Source of the DNA: Elsinoe ampelina
Lineage: Eukaryota
Assembly (NCBI GenBank): GCA_010093995.1
Contig: ML992515.1
Location: 177,533 to 241,532 of the forward strand
Reading direction: 5' to 3'
Length of the DNA: 64,000 bases
Shown: piece by piece, positions 38,029 through 49,879 of the stretch
Layout of the letters: each line of letters begins with the position of its first letter
How positions within the stretch are numbered: position 1 is the stretch's first letter
The notes under the pieces: generated by a model
What the model saw: the letters and a program-made list of their open reading frames with translations, nothing else
Database searches by the model: none
What the model was told of the DNA's origin: nothing
Program-made: the position numbers and the translations under genes

Positions 38029-38045
38029 ATCTCTCGAAGCTTCGT
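38029..38045. promoter_or_regulatory. Heat-shock-element-like site upstream of HSP60
   Basis: atCTCtcGAAgcTTCgt: alternating nGAAn units, one imperfect, ~150 bp upstream of the ATG. Confidence 0.5.
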
Positions 38046-38148
38046 TCTCCATCCATTTCCGCATCTCGCGGAGCCGATCGGATCAGCGGTCCGATCTCCA
38101 GTAGTGTCGGCTCATCATGTTGATCAGACCTCTACTCTGAGCTCCATC

Positions 38149-38545
38149 TGGTAGTAATGACCCTGCAGTACGACCTGACTCTGCAGAGATATCACGCGAG
38201 GGATACTGAGTAGAAGAAAATGTCATGAACTTTTGATGCCATTTGATCGATCCTAACTACCACGACTGGCGAGCTACTCGCCATTGCATTTCGCAGGTGT
38301 GCAGAAACTACCAGTCCGAACCTCATTTCCTACCAGCGTGGCACCATCCAGTCTACCATTCACCTTCCCAACTACCAGCCCGCTTCTCAAAAAGCCCGCA
38401 GAAACAAGAAAAGCGCCCATGGCAGCCGCAAAGCTGGTAGTCACCACCCTATCACTACCACAAACCTGGCGACAATGTCAGTGACCATGAAACCCAGACA
38501 GGCAAAAGGTGGTAGTACTCACTCTCATCCACCCGAACTACCAGC
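38149..38545. repeat. Dispersed array of ~10 CTACCA/TGGTAG motifs
   Basis: Copies at ~38149, 38257, 38308, 38330, 38353, 38372, 38435, 38455, 38510 and 38538, in both orientations. Confidence 0.7.
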
Positions 38546-38628
38546 TTTTGTAGCGCCTGACGCGAAGGTCGTGAGTGTCGTTGCGTCCCCTGTGGTAATA
38601 TCTCCAGAGTTGCTCGTTGTGAGTGACT

Positions 38629-40412
38629 TCATTTCGGGATGTTGAGGTACTCGTTGATGTCGAAGCCGACGCTCGTGTCTGCCCAACCGCCAGGCATGGT
38701 TTCGGGGTCGTCCATGGAGGTGGCGGGATCAGACGAGGTCGAATCCATGGCGGCCAGCAGAACTTCGTCGGTCATGTCGTTGGGCCATGGGTTGGTGACG
38801 ATGGAGGGGTTGGTGACGATGGAAGGGTTGGTGACGATGGATGGGTTGCGGATGGGGTCTGAGAGCTCATTGGCGCTGGTGATGATGTTGGTATCTTCAA
38901 CCTTGAGATCGTCGGCCGTGATGAGGCTGTTGGCTGGAATATCATGATTGTCGGCGATGAATGGGGTGGTGGCACGGGTGTGAGCGCTGCTGGTATTGTT
39001 GCTGCTACCGCCGTTGCTGGTTTGGCTCCCCATCTGGCTAGTGATCTGGGAAACCTCATGCAGGGAAGCATTGTTCAGCGGCTGGACCCAGAAAGACAAA
39101 GGTCCAACGCGGGTGTAGGCGGAGATCTTCTTGCTGGCGCCGGAGGGTGCGCTGTAGAGGTAGTGACCATGGGTCGAGTAGTAGTAGAACTGCTGACCAT
39201 TGCCGTGAGCGTGGGCAAACTCCGTCATCCAGACGGTCAAGACCGGGCCAAAGTCGAGAGCATTCCCGGCTGCATCCCTAGTGCACATCGCTTCGATGGC
39301 GCTGAGTCCTCCATTTCTGTTCCAGTCAAAGTCCCTTGGTATGAGAGGTCCGGCGTAGTCTGCTGGTGCGAAGACATAACCGTTGATGTTGACAGGAACA
39401 TCTTGCGGTCCGAAGTATCTGCCCCAGAAGTCGACGCCGGAGTTGGTGAAGAAATAGTCCTTGATGTCCTCAAGATGCTGCTGCGGAACAGCCGACATGT
39501 CGGTGTCGGTTGACGAGAAGCTGTTCTGCTGCATGTGGTTAGCGATATACTCTCCTCCTGCCACTGCGTCTGATGAAGTGAAAGAGTTGTTGTTGCTGTT
39601 GTATGGAGTCAAATCCGCAGCGTAGGACACATGGCCGACACCATTGGTGCGACCGTCCAGCTGGCGGAGATGCTCGGAGCGGACTGGAAGCTTGACCAGC
39701 ATGGAGTCGTCCTGATCGTAGGTGGTTGGAGTCTCGACAAAGTCCTCGACGGACGCGACGACACAGTCAGACTCGACCTTGATCTTCTTGGCCGGAGAGG
39801 TGTTGGTGTTGTCACCCCCAGGCTTGACAGAGTGCTCAGGGACATAGTCGTCCTCGTCGTTGCCAGTGGGGATGTGCTCGTCGAACTCTTCCGGAGTATC
39901 ATCCCTGAATTCCTCCTTACTGACACGCTTGGGCTTGCGACCGCTGCGACGAGCCTGCTTCTGCTTGGTGACACCAGCCGGCTTCTGGACAGTCTTGACT
40001 TTGGCGGGAGCAACCAGCTTGGACTTGGGAGGCGCAGGAGCCGGAGTGGAAGACACCACTGCGGTGAGCTTCTTTGCTCTGCCAGAGCGGCCGAGGATAG
40101 GCGGGACTTCTTTGTTGAGGTCGACACGAGCAGCACGGACTTTGGTCAGGTGCTGACGAACAGCTTCTGCAGTGGATCCAGCCCCAACATACTGGACTGC
40201 TGCCTGGAGGGGAAGCTCGATTCCAGCCTTGTCGGCCTCATGGACGATGGCTAGAAGGAGGAGCTGGTCTTTGTCGGCTGGACGAAGGTTAGTGATCTGA
40301 GCTCCGACCAGAAGGGGTACCTACTGTCCCAGCTAATGAGCTTGCGAGGCTGAGAGTAACCACCTCTTTTCTTACGATCGCCTGGTCCGGGTGTCTGAGT
40401 CGGTTCTGCCAT
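38629..40412 (-). CDS. Protein E (~578 aa): N-terminal Myb/SANT-like HTH plus long unknown C-terminal region
   Basis: Exon 1 40412-40325, intron 40324-40278, then [53 protein letters not shown], in frame with ORF 38629..40059. Probable 5'UTR intron ~40873-40718. Confidence 0.8.
38789..38848. repeat. 18-bp coding tandem repeat x3.3 (NPSIVT)
   Basis: Unit gggttggtgacgatggaN, inside gene E. Confidence 0.9.
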
Positions 40413-41485
40413 GGTGTCCTGGAAAGTAGAAATGATGTTTGTTGGAAGAATAGGTCGTGTTGATGTTGTCGGTTGTAGTGAAGCAAGTGGTGAAGGCGTG
40501 ATCAACGAGATGGCAAGCACGGCAGGCAGCAATGTTGAAGGAGAGATGAAAAGCAAACGAGAAGAAGATCTGAGTATTGCACCTATCTTATGATAGTTGC
40601 GGGAGTGAATACCTTTTGAAGCACGTGAAGGACAATGCCAGCAATTGTGCGGCGATTGAGCCTTTGAAGAAGAGGTTGGGATCGAGGTTGACAATAAGGC
40701 TTGTGATTGTCAAAAGCTGCGAGAATGTCAGTAAATTCCGCAACATGTGACAATATGAGAGCTATTTGAGGGTGGGGAGTCCGATGTGCTGGCATAATGA
40801 GTCCCAATTGAGGCAGAACACGTGCGAGGCCGTGCTTCATTGGAATGTTATGAGGTAGATTTGGATGACTTACCGGTCGCGGTGGCGGATAGACGTAGCC
40901 GGCGAAGAGATGTTTGTTGCGAGAAGACAGCAATCGCAATATTGGAAAGTGCTGGATTGCGCAAAGATGTTGCCACCTCATCCTCGTCGCGATAGCAACG
41001 AGCAGTAGAAGATCCTTGAGGCTTGTATCCCGTAGAATCGCAGCTTGTTGGGAACTGAAACGCTAGAGCTGCGGTGGGTCAAAGGTTACACTGCGCTGGG
41101 ATCTGCGGGCGGTTTCTGCCATTGTGGCCATCTTTCCGGCAACGATAGGGAACTTTACAGTGTCGAGCATGGTCGCAACATGGGGAATCATGCAGCGTTC
41201 GGGTAGGCCAACGAAGGAATGGACAGTGTCAGATGTTTCTCGTGATATGGTACTTCCCTCACACATGGTCTGCAGGGTGTACAACATAGGAGGCAACCGA
41301 AGGAAACGTGACAGGCAAGGAAATGTGGAGATGGTCTACGCCCTTAATCAATAGCAATGGAGCGTTTCCTGCCCAAACTGTCCTCCATACGTGACGAAAC
41401 GCAGCTGTCGTGAGCATATAACCTGTGTGTCGCTGCCACGCCTGCTCACCCACGCAACAGATAGTGGCGACATGAGCGATGGTGA

Positions 41486-41991
41486 TCACTCCGAGTCAGA
41501 CTCGTCTTCCTCCTTGATAGCCCCAGCGATGTCTTGGTCCTCTTTCACGGCATCGTCCTGATCGCTTGTCTGCTTCTTCGCAGCAGCGCCTTTCTCGCCT
41601 CCGGCCTTGCCGCGCTTCTTCTTGCCACCCTCTCCATCACCATCCTCGGCATCAGCAGCCCCACGCTTTTCGCCCTTCTTCGGCTTGGTGGTACTGAGAA
41701 CAGTCAGTAGACGTCGCTGCAGGTCAGACCCTGACAATAAACTTGCCTTTCCAGGTCACACATCTCCTTCAGCTTCTGCATGCGCCTCTTGATGGCGATG
41801 ACGGAGCAGGTGACCTCGTCGGTACTCATGAGCTTGGCGACGGCTTCGTGCTCGACCTTGACATCACTGGTCTGGATGATGGCAAGTAGCAGCTTGCGGT
41901 CCGCTTCGGCTGGTTTGCGTGAGCATAATGAGGTGACTTTGGTGTGAGAATACGTACCATCCCAGGTCATGGTCTTCCCTGCCCTTGCCAT
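41486..41991 (-). CDS. Small Myb/SANT-like HTH protein C (134 aa)
   Basis: Exons 41991-41958, 41909-41747, 41693-41486 (second intron GC-AG): MTWD|AEADRKLLLAIIQTSDVKVEHEAVAKLMSTDEVTCSVIAIKRRMQKLKE, then a K/E-rich tail. Confidence 0.85.
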
Positions 41992-42736
41992 TGTGAATAC
42001 GATGTGGCGAAGTGAGGTTCGAGTGTTGTCTGATGTTCTGCTGTGTTGCAAAGGGTTGATCGTGGTCAAGTCTCAAGGTCGAGGTGGGAATGTCGTGAAA
42101 GCAGGACGGTGAGCAACGTGATGGTATAGTAGCAGGGGAACAGGGAGGAAATTAATGAGAAGAGGAGGCATTCTGTTGAGAAGCCGGATTATAAGTGCTC
42201 CAGAATTCACATGCTCAGCAATGAATGTCGCAGCCGTACGCCGGCAATGCTTGCTTCGGTTGAGAACATCGCGCAATCGTCGCGTTTCATCAAGACACAC
42301 CTTGACTACATCATAGACTCAAAGAACAGACCGGAACGCTGCCGGGTCAAACATTGGAACAACATGATTGTCAGGAAAGCAATGGGAGAAGGGAAACGAA
42401 GTGAGACGTGAGGTCGGAGTTCGTCCGCAAGCTGCTTAGTCAGACCCTACCTCCATCATTGGCAACGAGGTCTGCATTAGTCGATCACCAACACGAGACA
42501 CGAGATGGAGGTGAAAGTGAAGAAGAATTTCATTCCAGATACACTTGAAGTATACCCAGCCGTTCGCAAGTGAAATGCACCATGAAGCAGAGTGCTAAAG
42601 TCTAGATCCCATAGTCGACCTTTCGACCAAGCCAGCACGTCCCAACCGCGCCGTCCGATCATGCCCCAGCGCCCCTTGCATTAATCAGAGCGGCACCCAT
42701 AGAAGTAAGAAAGAGACCACCATGTCCGCCGAGCAT

Positions 42737-43358
42737 TCATGCCTCAACCTCCTCCTTCAATGCCTCCGCCTCGTCCTCATCAACACCCTCCTCACTCTGC
42801 TCTTCAACCTTCATCTCGTCCTCGTGCTCATCCCCGGCTCCTTCGCCTGCATCGGCGCTGTCCTCTTCGATCGGCTCGTGCTTGACCTTCTTCGTCTGCT
42901 TCCCGACTTTTGCTCCTCCTGCTGCCTTTCTCTTCTTCTGCTCTTTCTTCGGAGCATCGCTGGGATCCCTATCCTCGCCAGAAGCACTAGAACCAGAATC
43001 CTTGACGCCATCCTTGGGCTTGGTGGCCTTGGTGTTCTTGCCCTTGCCGGTGGTGGTAGCCTTGGCTTTGGCAGGCTTGACGGGGCTGATGTCGTAGGAC
43101 TTGAGTAGGCGGGAGTAGCGCTTGGATCTGTGAGGTGTGAGTTTGAGTCGATGTGAAATTGGTACTGAAAACTCACGCTGCACCGGCACTGACGATACCG
43201 CACTGTCCGGCAACGGCGTCCCAGTCGGGCTGCTCACAGTCAGTATATTCCCGTTTTCGGCAGACGAAGCATCCTCTGACCTTGCCTTCCATATACTGGA
43301 TGATGGTGACCAGGAGCTTGACGTTGTCGTCAGGTGCGTTAGTCTCTCCTGTAGGCAT
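42737..43358 (-). CDS. Small Myb/SANT-like HTH protein D (173 aa)
   Basis: Exons 43358-43281, 43229-43177, 43127-42737: DDNVKLLVTIIQYMEGK|PDWDAVAGQCGIVSAGAA|SKRYSRLLKSY, then a K/E-rich tail. Confidence 0.88.
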
Positions 43359-43720
43359 AATGGATGTGAATGTCGCTTGCAGGTGTTTGGTTAAGCGGGG
43401 GCTTGTTGGAGGTTGTTGGCCGGAAGAAGGCGGCGAAGGTGTGGGCGGAAGTGGATGAAGAAGATAAGGTGCAGAAGAAGGAAGAGGGCTGCCTTTATGC
43501 TGGACAATCGAGCGGTTGATCAGGCAGCCATGTGCATGTGAAGGCCGGTGTGAAAAGTGACAATTGAGAACAATGTTTGAAGTGAAGTGAATCCACCAAG
43601 TACTCACCTCACAAGTGTCTCATGCCAGCGAAGCCAAGAAGTTCACGGCACTGCCGCAATTCACATGCAAAAAGGGTTGAGAATGTGGTTGACCAAAAAG
43701 GATCAGACTTTGTATCAAGG

Positions 43721-45718
43721 CTACCGACTCTTACTCTTGCCACTTGAGGCAGCTTTACCTTTGCCGTTCACCGCTTTGGGATTGATACCCTTCCGCTTGA
43801 GTCTGGCTCTCTGGGCCTTCTCTATGTACACCTTGTCCTCCTCGCTATCGAAGCCTCCAAAGTCATCTTCATCATCGGTCTTGCCGTCTTCGGACGCGAT
43901 GGGTGTCTTGTCGACAGGTAGCTCTTCTGCTGTCCCATTGGTGGCAGCACCATTCGTCTTCGCTTGACCTTGTGCACGCACTGCATTTGGTGGAGTGGGT
44001 CCAGTCTTCTTGAACTTGGCCACAAAGAATCCGTCAACATTGTAGGCGTGCGGGTAGTATCGTCGTGTCATCTTCAAGCTGGGATGGAATTTCTTGCCGC
44101 GGTAGCTGGTGAATCCTTCTTTGCCAAAGATCAGACCGGTCTCAACGAGCTTGACGTTGGGTCTTGTATTGAGGACGTATTGTACCACTTGTTCGTTCTC
44201 CTCAATGGTGACACTGCAAGTCGAGTAGACAATGTAACCACCAGTGCTGCTGGCATGATCAACAGAGTCGACAGCGGCTAGCAGAAGCTGCTTCTGCAGA
44301 TGCGGAAGCTTCATAAAATCGGTCTCGGTCTTGTTCGTTTTGACGCTTGCATCTTTGGCGATGACACCAGTCCCCGAGCACGGCGCATCCAATAATATCC
44401 GATCAAAGCCTCCCATTACTCTCGGAAACTCCAACGCTGAATAATTGCAGACGATCGTGTTCTTCACGCCTAGCCGGTGGATGTTACCAATCAAAGCTTT
44501 CGCTCGATCCTTGTTGCTATCGTTTGCGAAGATGCTGCCAGTATTTCGCATGAGGGCTGCCATATATGTCGTTTTTCCACCGGGTGCTGCGGCCATGTCT
44601 AAGCAACGCTCGCCCTCCTGAGGCGCTAGAGCCATGACTGGCAGGAACGAAGATGCTGCTTGAAGGATGTAGTGACCTGCTAGGTATTCCGGAGTCGCAC
44701 CAAGAGGGACTTGCGATTCGAAGACCTGCAGACCGACTTTGCTCCACTTGCCGACAGGCTCTAACGTGACGCCTCTGTTGATCAGCGCGTGTGCAAGTTC
44801 TCGTCGATGAGTCCGTAGAGTGTTCGTCCTTATGACAAGAGGTCGTGGCGTCTCGTTTGCGTCGAAGAAAGCCAACGCTTCCGTAGGCGGAAAGAGATTC
44901 CAAAGCTTTTCTGCCAGGAATTTTGAGTAGCCATAGTAGGTGCAGACATCCTCCATGAGCTGATTGACGTAGTCAGCCCTCGACTTGCCTTCTTCGGCGA
45001 GCTTGGTGAAATCTGTGAGCACTCTTGTGGTCTCAGTGATGCGACTCCTAACCATCTGCAAATCCGGCGCTACCAGTCCCTTGCTGGGATCTTGTGCAAT
45101 ATCAGCTGATATGTTGGTCTGCAAAGCAGCATCTGCCAGCTCTGCTTCTGCCTCCTCTTCCTGTCGAGCTGTCTCAGTGTCCAGCTTACGGGACAGACCC
45201 TCGATGTTCGCGGCTGTGAGCATCTCCTCTGCGTCGGAAGCATCCTCATCTTCAGACCACATAGCTCTTTGAACGTCTGGGTCATCCGAATCCACGAACT
45301 CGTCGTCCTCGAGAGGTTCTTCGTCCGAGCCGAGCGCGTCCATACCTCCCACGCCGTCGCTTATGTCTCCAAGGTCTTCTAGATCCTCCACATCTTCGTC
45401 ATAACTCTCCATCCCCTCGGCATCATCATCGCTCATTTCTGCCTCAGCAGCGCCTGGTTTCACTTTCTGCTTGATTGCTGTACCGTTGGCAACCTTCGGA
45501 GCAAAGCTGCCTTTGGTGGTGGCCTTCCCAGCCGAGTTCTTCGCCTTGCCATTGACATTTTTGGCTGCTGGTATCACGCCCGCCTTGCCTGTCTTCAGCT
45601 TCTTCGATTGCTGCCCATTCTGCTCTTGAGATTTGCCCAATTTTCGTTTGTTCGCGAATTTTGATTCGTTTAGGGGCTCGGGGATACCCTGCTTCTGCAT
45701 ACGCCTGCTTGGAGCCAT
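43721..45718 (-). CDS. NOP2: 25S rRNA m5C methyltransferase
   Basis: LDMAAAPGGKT, DRILLDAPCSGTG, VYSTCS; acidic N-terminal region. Confidence 0.96.
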   Translation of the reverse strand: MAPSRRMQKQGIPEPLNESKFANKRKLGKSQEQNGQQSKKLKTGKAGVIPAAKNVNGKAKNSAGKATTKGSFAPKVANGTAIKQKVKPGAAEAEMSDDDAEGMESYDEDVEDLEDLGDISDGVGGMDALGSDEEPLEDDEFVDSDDPDVQRAMWSEDEDASDAEEMLTAANIEGLSRKLDTETARQEEEAEAELADAALQTNISADIAQDPSKGLVAPDLQMVRSRITETTRVLTDFTKLAEEGKSRADYVNQLMEDVCTYYGYSKFLAEKLWNLFPPTEALAFFDANETPRPLVIRTNTLRTHRRELAHALINRGVTLEPVGKWSKVGLQVFESQVPLGATPEYLAGHYILQAASSFLPVMALAPQEGERCLDMAAAPGGKTTYMAALMRNTGSIFANDSNKDRAKALIGNIHRLGVKNTIVCNYSALEFPRVMGGFDRILLDAPCSGTGVIAKDASVKTNKTETDFMKLPHLQKQLLLAAVDSVDHASSTGGYIVYSTCSVTIEENEQVVQYVLNTRPNVKLVETGLIFGKEGFTSYRGKKFHPSLKMTRRYYPHAYNVDGFFVAKFKKTGPTPPNAVRAQGQAKTNGAATNGTAEELPVDKTPIASEDGKTDDEDDFGGFDSEEDKVYIEKAQRARLKRKGINPKAVNGKGKAASSGKSKSR

Positions 45719-45841
45719 ATTTATCAGAAAAGGAGGGATAGTCTGGACTTAAGGTAGCATGAGCATCGGGATTGATTCAAGTTCGCCCGACCAAAATTTC
45801 TGCCATTCTATCTCGTCTGCGGAGAACTTTCTTGCGGTAGT

Positions 45842-45852
45842 AGGGTTAGGGT
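45842..45852. promoter_or_regulatory. AGGGTTAGGGT telo-box/HomolE-like element in the NOP2-RPL25 divergent promoter
   Basis: Lies mid-way in a ~230-bp bidirectional promoter between two ribosome-biogenesis genes. Confidence 0.45.
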
Positions 45853-45949
45853 ATGCTCACCGCCCTCGGACCACAAGCCCACACCAGAATTCTCAGATGT
45901 GCTTTTCGAGATTGACAGTGTCACGGGAATCGACAACACATCAGCAACA

Positions 45950-46615
45950 ATGGCACCAAAGGATAGCACCAAGGGTACGCGACCATGCGCGAGGCATTCT
46001 CCAGCTTTGCAGAAGCATTGCGCTCTTCGACGAGTGATGCTAATACCTTCACAGGCAAGAAGGCCGCTAAGCCTTCATCAAAAGCCAACCAGGCCGCAAA
46101 GGCGACTCTCCGAGGCGTATGTTCACCACCACCTTGAGGCGTGTCAGCCCGCATGAAAGATTGCAACGCTGACGGCCTGCTCTACAGGTCAACTCGCACA
46201 AGGTCCGCAAGGTCAGGCAGTCGACGACATTCCATCGCCCAAAGACCCTCACCCTCTCTCGCGCACCAAAGTACCCCCGTGTCTCCGTGCCAAAGGAGAC
46301 CGGTGTCAACCAGCACAAGATTCTCATCCACCCGCTCAACACTGAGAGTGCGATGAAGAAGATTGAGGAGCACAACACTTTGGTCTTTATTGTCGATACC
46401 AAGGCGAACAAGAGGCAGATTAGGGATGCGCTCAAGAAGCAGTACGATGTGGATACCGTCAAGATCAACACTCTGATCAGGTTTGTTCATTGCTAAATTT
46501 CCGGTCCACAATCTCTAACAGTTTCAGACCCGATGGCACCAAGAAGGCTTTCGCCCGCTTGACCGCCGACGTGGACGCCCTCGACATCGCAGCCAACAAG
46601 CTCGCGATTGTCTAA
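45950..46615 (+). CDS. RPL25: 60S ribosomal protein uL23 (L25)
   Basis: [50 protein letters not shown]; introns 45975-46054, 46117-46187, 46481-46527. Confidence 0.95.
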
Positions 46616-46732
46616 GCATTGGGAAGGACAGCCGGCGTTGATACCACGCGTAGAGTAGTGCACTCGCGCAGAATGACAAAAGTTCCATACCCACGCACAA
46701 AAATTTACATGTATTTGTCCGTGAACACCACG

Positions 46733-49700
46733 CTAAGCAATCTGGCCCGCCACCTCCGCCTCCCTTGTCTCGTCCCCACCTGCACTGAAACACAACCTCA
46801 CCATCGCCCTTCCTTCCTCCTTCCCAACTCTCCCCGCCTGCACTTCCGCCACGACCTCATCCCCTCTCCCGTCCCACAGTTCCCAGAAACGCGCCGCCCT
46901 CCCCAACTCTGCTCCTCCATCCACCTCCTTCAGTCCCTGCTGCAACACAAGAATATTCAAAGCCATCCTCCTCGCGCCATACTCATCCATAGCAGGCACC
47001 TGCTTCGCCGACCTAATCAGCGCTTCATCCACCATCCCCGCCAAATGCGCAACACAAGCACGATAATTCCCCTCCGGCAACTTGGCAGCGAGCTCATTAT
47101 CGAAGCCTAGAATCGTCTTGTTGAGCGACAAGATGGCCGGATCAGGCTCATTGTACGGCTGGTTGAGGAGGTAAGTCGTGGACAAAGCACGGTTGATGCC
47201 AGAGAGTGTCTGCAGCCGGAGCTCGACGTGGAGGGTGCGCAGGATGAGGGAAGAGAGTTCTGTGAAGGAGGAGAGGAGGGAGTCGAATTCTGCGGCGGTG
47301 TCGTTCGAGAGAGGCAGGTAGGGATCGCTGGAGGTGGTGTCGGTCCAGGGACGGGTTTGGTGGGCGGCGAGGGAGGTGGAGGTGTTGGCTCGGGGGTCGA
47401 TGTGGCGGAGGGTGGTGAGGCGGGTGACGAACCAGAGGGAGGAGGTGGAGAGGGTGGAGAGTTGGCGGATGGATTTTGACGAGATGAGGAGGTCGTCTTC
47501 CGTGAGAGGGGTGGATTGGATGAGGGTGATGAGGGAGGTGGTCTCTTGGGTCCAGAGGTCTGGGGTTGCTGTGGAGGGGGAGTTGACGAGTTGTTTGATC
47601 AAGGGGAGGAGATCGCCGCCCTCGGCGAGTGATGCTGCTTTTCGGCGTGTTCGGGAAGTGCTGTTGTCTATTTGAGGCTTGGTAATGATGTTGCGGTAGA
47701 TTTCGTTAAAGCGATTGTAATGACTGCGGATTTGCCCCAGGATGAGCTCTGTGAAGGATTGGTTCGGCGGTAATGCGACGAGCATTCGGCAGAAGGAGTT
47801 GATGAGCTGGAATAAATCAATGGTGCTTTTGAAAATTGGTTTTGTCGCTTGAGTCGACCATTTGGGATCTTCTTGGAACGCATCGGATTGACCGTAGGCT
47901 GCACCACATGCTTCTGCCAGTGTTTCTTCCATTTGAGGCTCAAATACATTGACCAGGAAGTCGTCCAGGAAGGATGTAAGAGTGCTTACTGCCACGTCTG
48001 AATTGGTCGGTACAACCTCTTTGAGTCTCGTCAAGAAGGACAGCGAGGGTGGTAGCAGACTGCTCATGTTGAACACACTAGGCTCGACAAGCAGCTTGTG
48101 ACCTGTTGCAGACCGATCGAGGGCTTTACTGGGATCATCAAGACGATCCACTGATGCAAGACCTCCAGATACGAGACCTGGTACAGATGCCTTCAATATC
48201 GCGTCCAGATCATCCCGTTCTGTTGACAAGCTGGTAGAGTTCTGGTCTGTGTCCGCAAGCTTGAACATCCTTCTATTCCGATCTCTAGCATGTGGTCGGA
48301 ACATGTGCGCATTGATGTCGTCGTCAAGTCGCGATCTGTTACTAAGGTCCCCCGTACTTGACAAGTGGTCATGGAGCAGTGAACGGATCTCGCTCTGGTA
48401 CAACTTCCATAACTCGTTGAATGAGCGGAGTAATGAGGTGTCTCGCTCGCCATGCCGTTTTGAGATGCCTGCAATGACCTCATGCACCACACGATGTCCT
48501 TCTGCAATGGCCTCAAATCGGGCGTAAAGCGATGATAGCATATCCTCGACAATCTCTCGTCGCAGCTCGTCATCCTGCCAGATCGTGGTCAAGTTGGGTC
48601 TTTTGCCGCCAGCTATTCGCATATTGGTCGGATGTCGTTGCTCAACTTCGATGTAGCATTTCTCAACCACTCTGAACAGCTCTACCGGTAACCTCTGCTC
48701 AATGGCATCGACAGCAATATCCAGTCTGCCCATGCGACTTAGTGATTCAATCAGAAGATGTATGTAGGAGAAAGAATCGGCCTCGGGGTTGCGACCTGAG
48801 TCTTCCTTCAGAGCCTGCACGAGATCCACAGAGTCCAAGAATCGGTATAGCTGCCTCCTTTCGGTCCCCGCAGTGAGTATTTCAGTCCCTCCTTGCCGAG
48901 CGACATACCGCTTCCACCGTTCTTCGCAGTATGGGCTTTTCAAGTATAGATGGCTGTGCAGCTCTTCAATCAGAATATCCGTCACTGAGTGTTCTTGATT
49001 GCCAAGGTAGACTCGAAGATCGCTGAGAGCTCCAATCTCCTCCATTTCTGGTTTACGCATGAGCTTCAGTGCGTCTTGTAGTGTTTCTACAGCTCCGAGA
49101 AAGCGCTTCTCTGATATTTGACTTTCAATCTTCTCAGGCATGCCCTGCACTTCTTCAATGTAGTTGAGCATTTGTAACATCTGATCGTAGCTCTGGCTAC
49201 TCGAAGCGAATGCTTTGAGCTCCGGTCTGTTTACGCTCAGATTGCCTTTCGCTTCCACCAGAGATGCCTTGAGTTCCCGGACGCGTGATTGCGATAGTTG
49301 CAGGCTGGCTTGGATCTGATGGAATGTACCGATCGAACTGTTGAAGCCTTGATGGTGCTCGTTCACAATCGCCTTCAGAGCGCTTTGTAGTTGTTGATGG
49401 ACCTGTCTGAAGCTGTCGTACTGGTCTGCTAAACCGAGGGAGCTCTGATCCATGAGCTGAAGGGCGACTTTGACAGGAACACATGTGTCCGATGACATGA
49501 ATGCCCATTGCTGCTCGATGTACCGCAAGATGTCTCGAATCTATCAGCTACCATGTCACTCGCTCTTGTCCATTTGTTTTGACCTACCTTCGACATTTCT
49601 CGCGCTCTCGGTGAAGTTCCTCGCCGGACGACTTCGGCTTCGACTTGAATCCCAAGCACGATCTCCACTCCTTCTATTCGCCTGTCTGCGCTCCAGGTAC

Positions 49701-49879
49701 GAAGGTCCGGTCACCCGCGGCTGAGGTGCTGCTCCAAAGCCTCCGTAGCCGCCAGGACCTCTCGATTGACTGCGCCCGTCTGCGCTCGTATCGCGGCTGC
49801 TTGCATCCAGATCATACCGACTCCCTAGACCGTTTCCGTAGCCATTGGTGTGTCCGCCATTCTCCCGCAACCAGGACAT
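46733..49879 (-). CDS. SEC8: Exocyst subunit Sec8
   Basis: VNEHHQGFNSSIGTF, LIEELHSHLYLKSPYC, NPEADSFSYI, PSVFNM, ALNILVLQQ; one intron at ~49.53-49.59 kb. Confidence 0.92.

Noticed and set aside
38149..38545. CRISPR-like reading of the CTACCA array
   Set aside because: Eukaryotic context, repeats only 6-9 bp, mixed orientation and irregular spacing.
40930..41130. Minus-strand reading MAETARRSQRSVTFD..*..KDLLLLVAIATRMRW as a possible sixth, decayed Myb-like copy
   Set aside because: Similarity is too weak, there is an in-frame stop and no matching intron signals. More likely the 5' leader of gene E.
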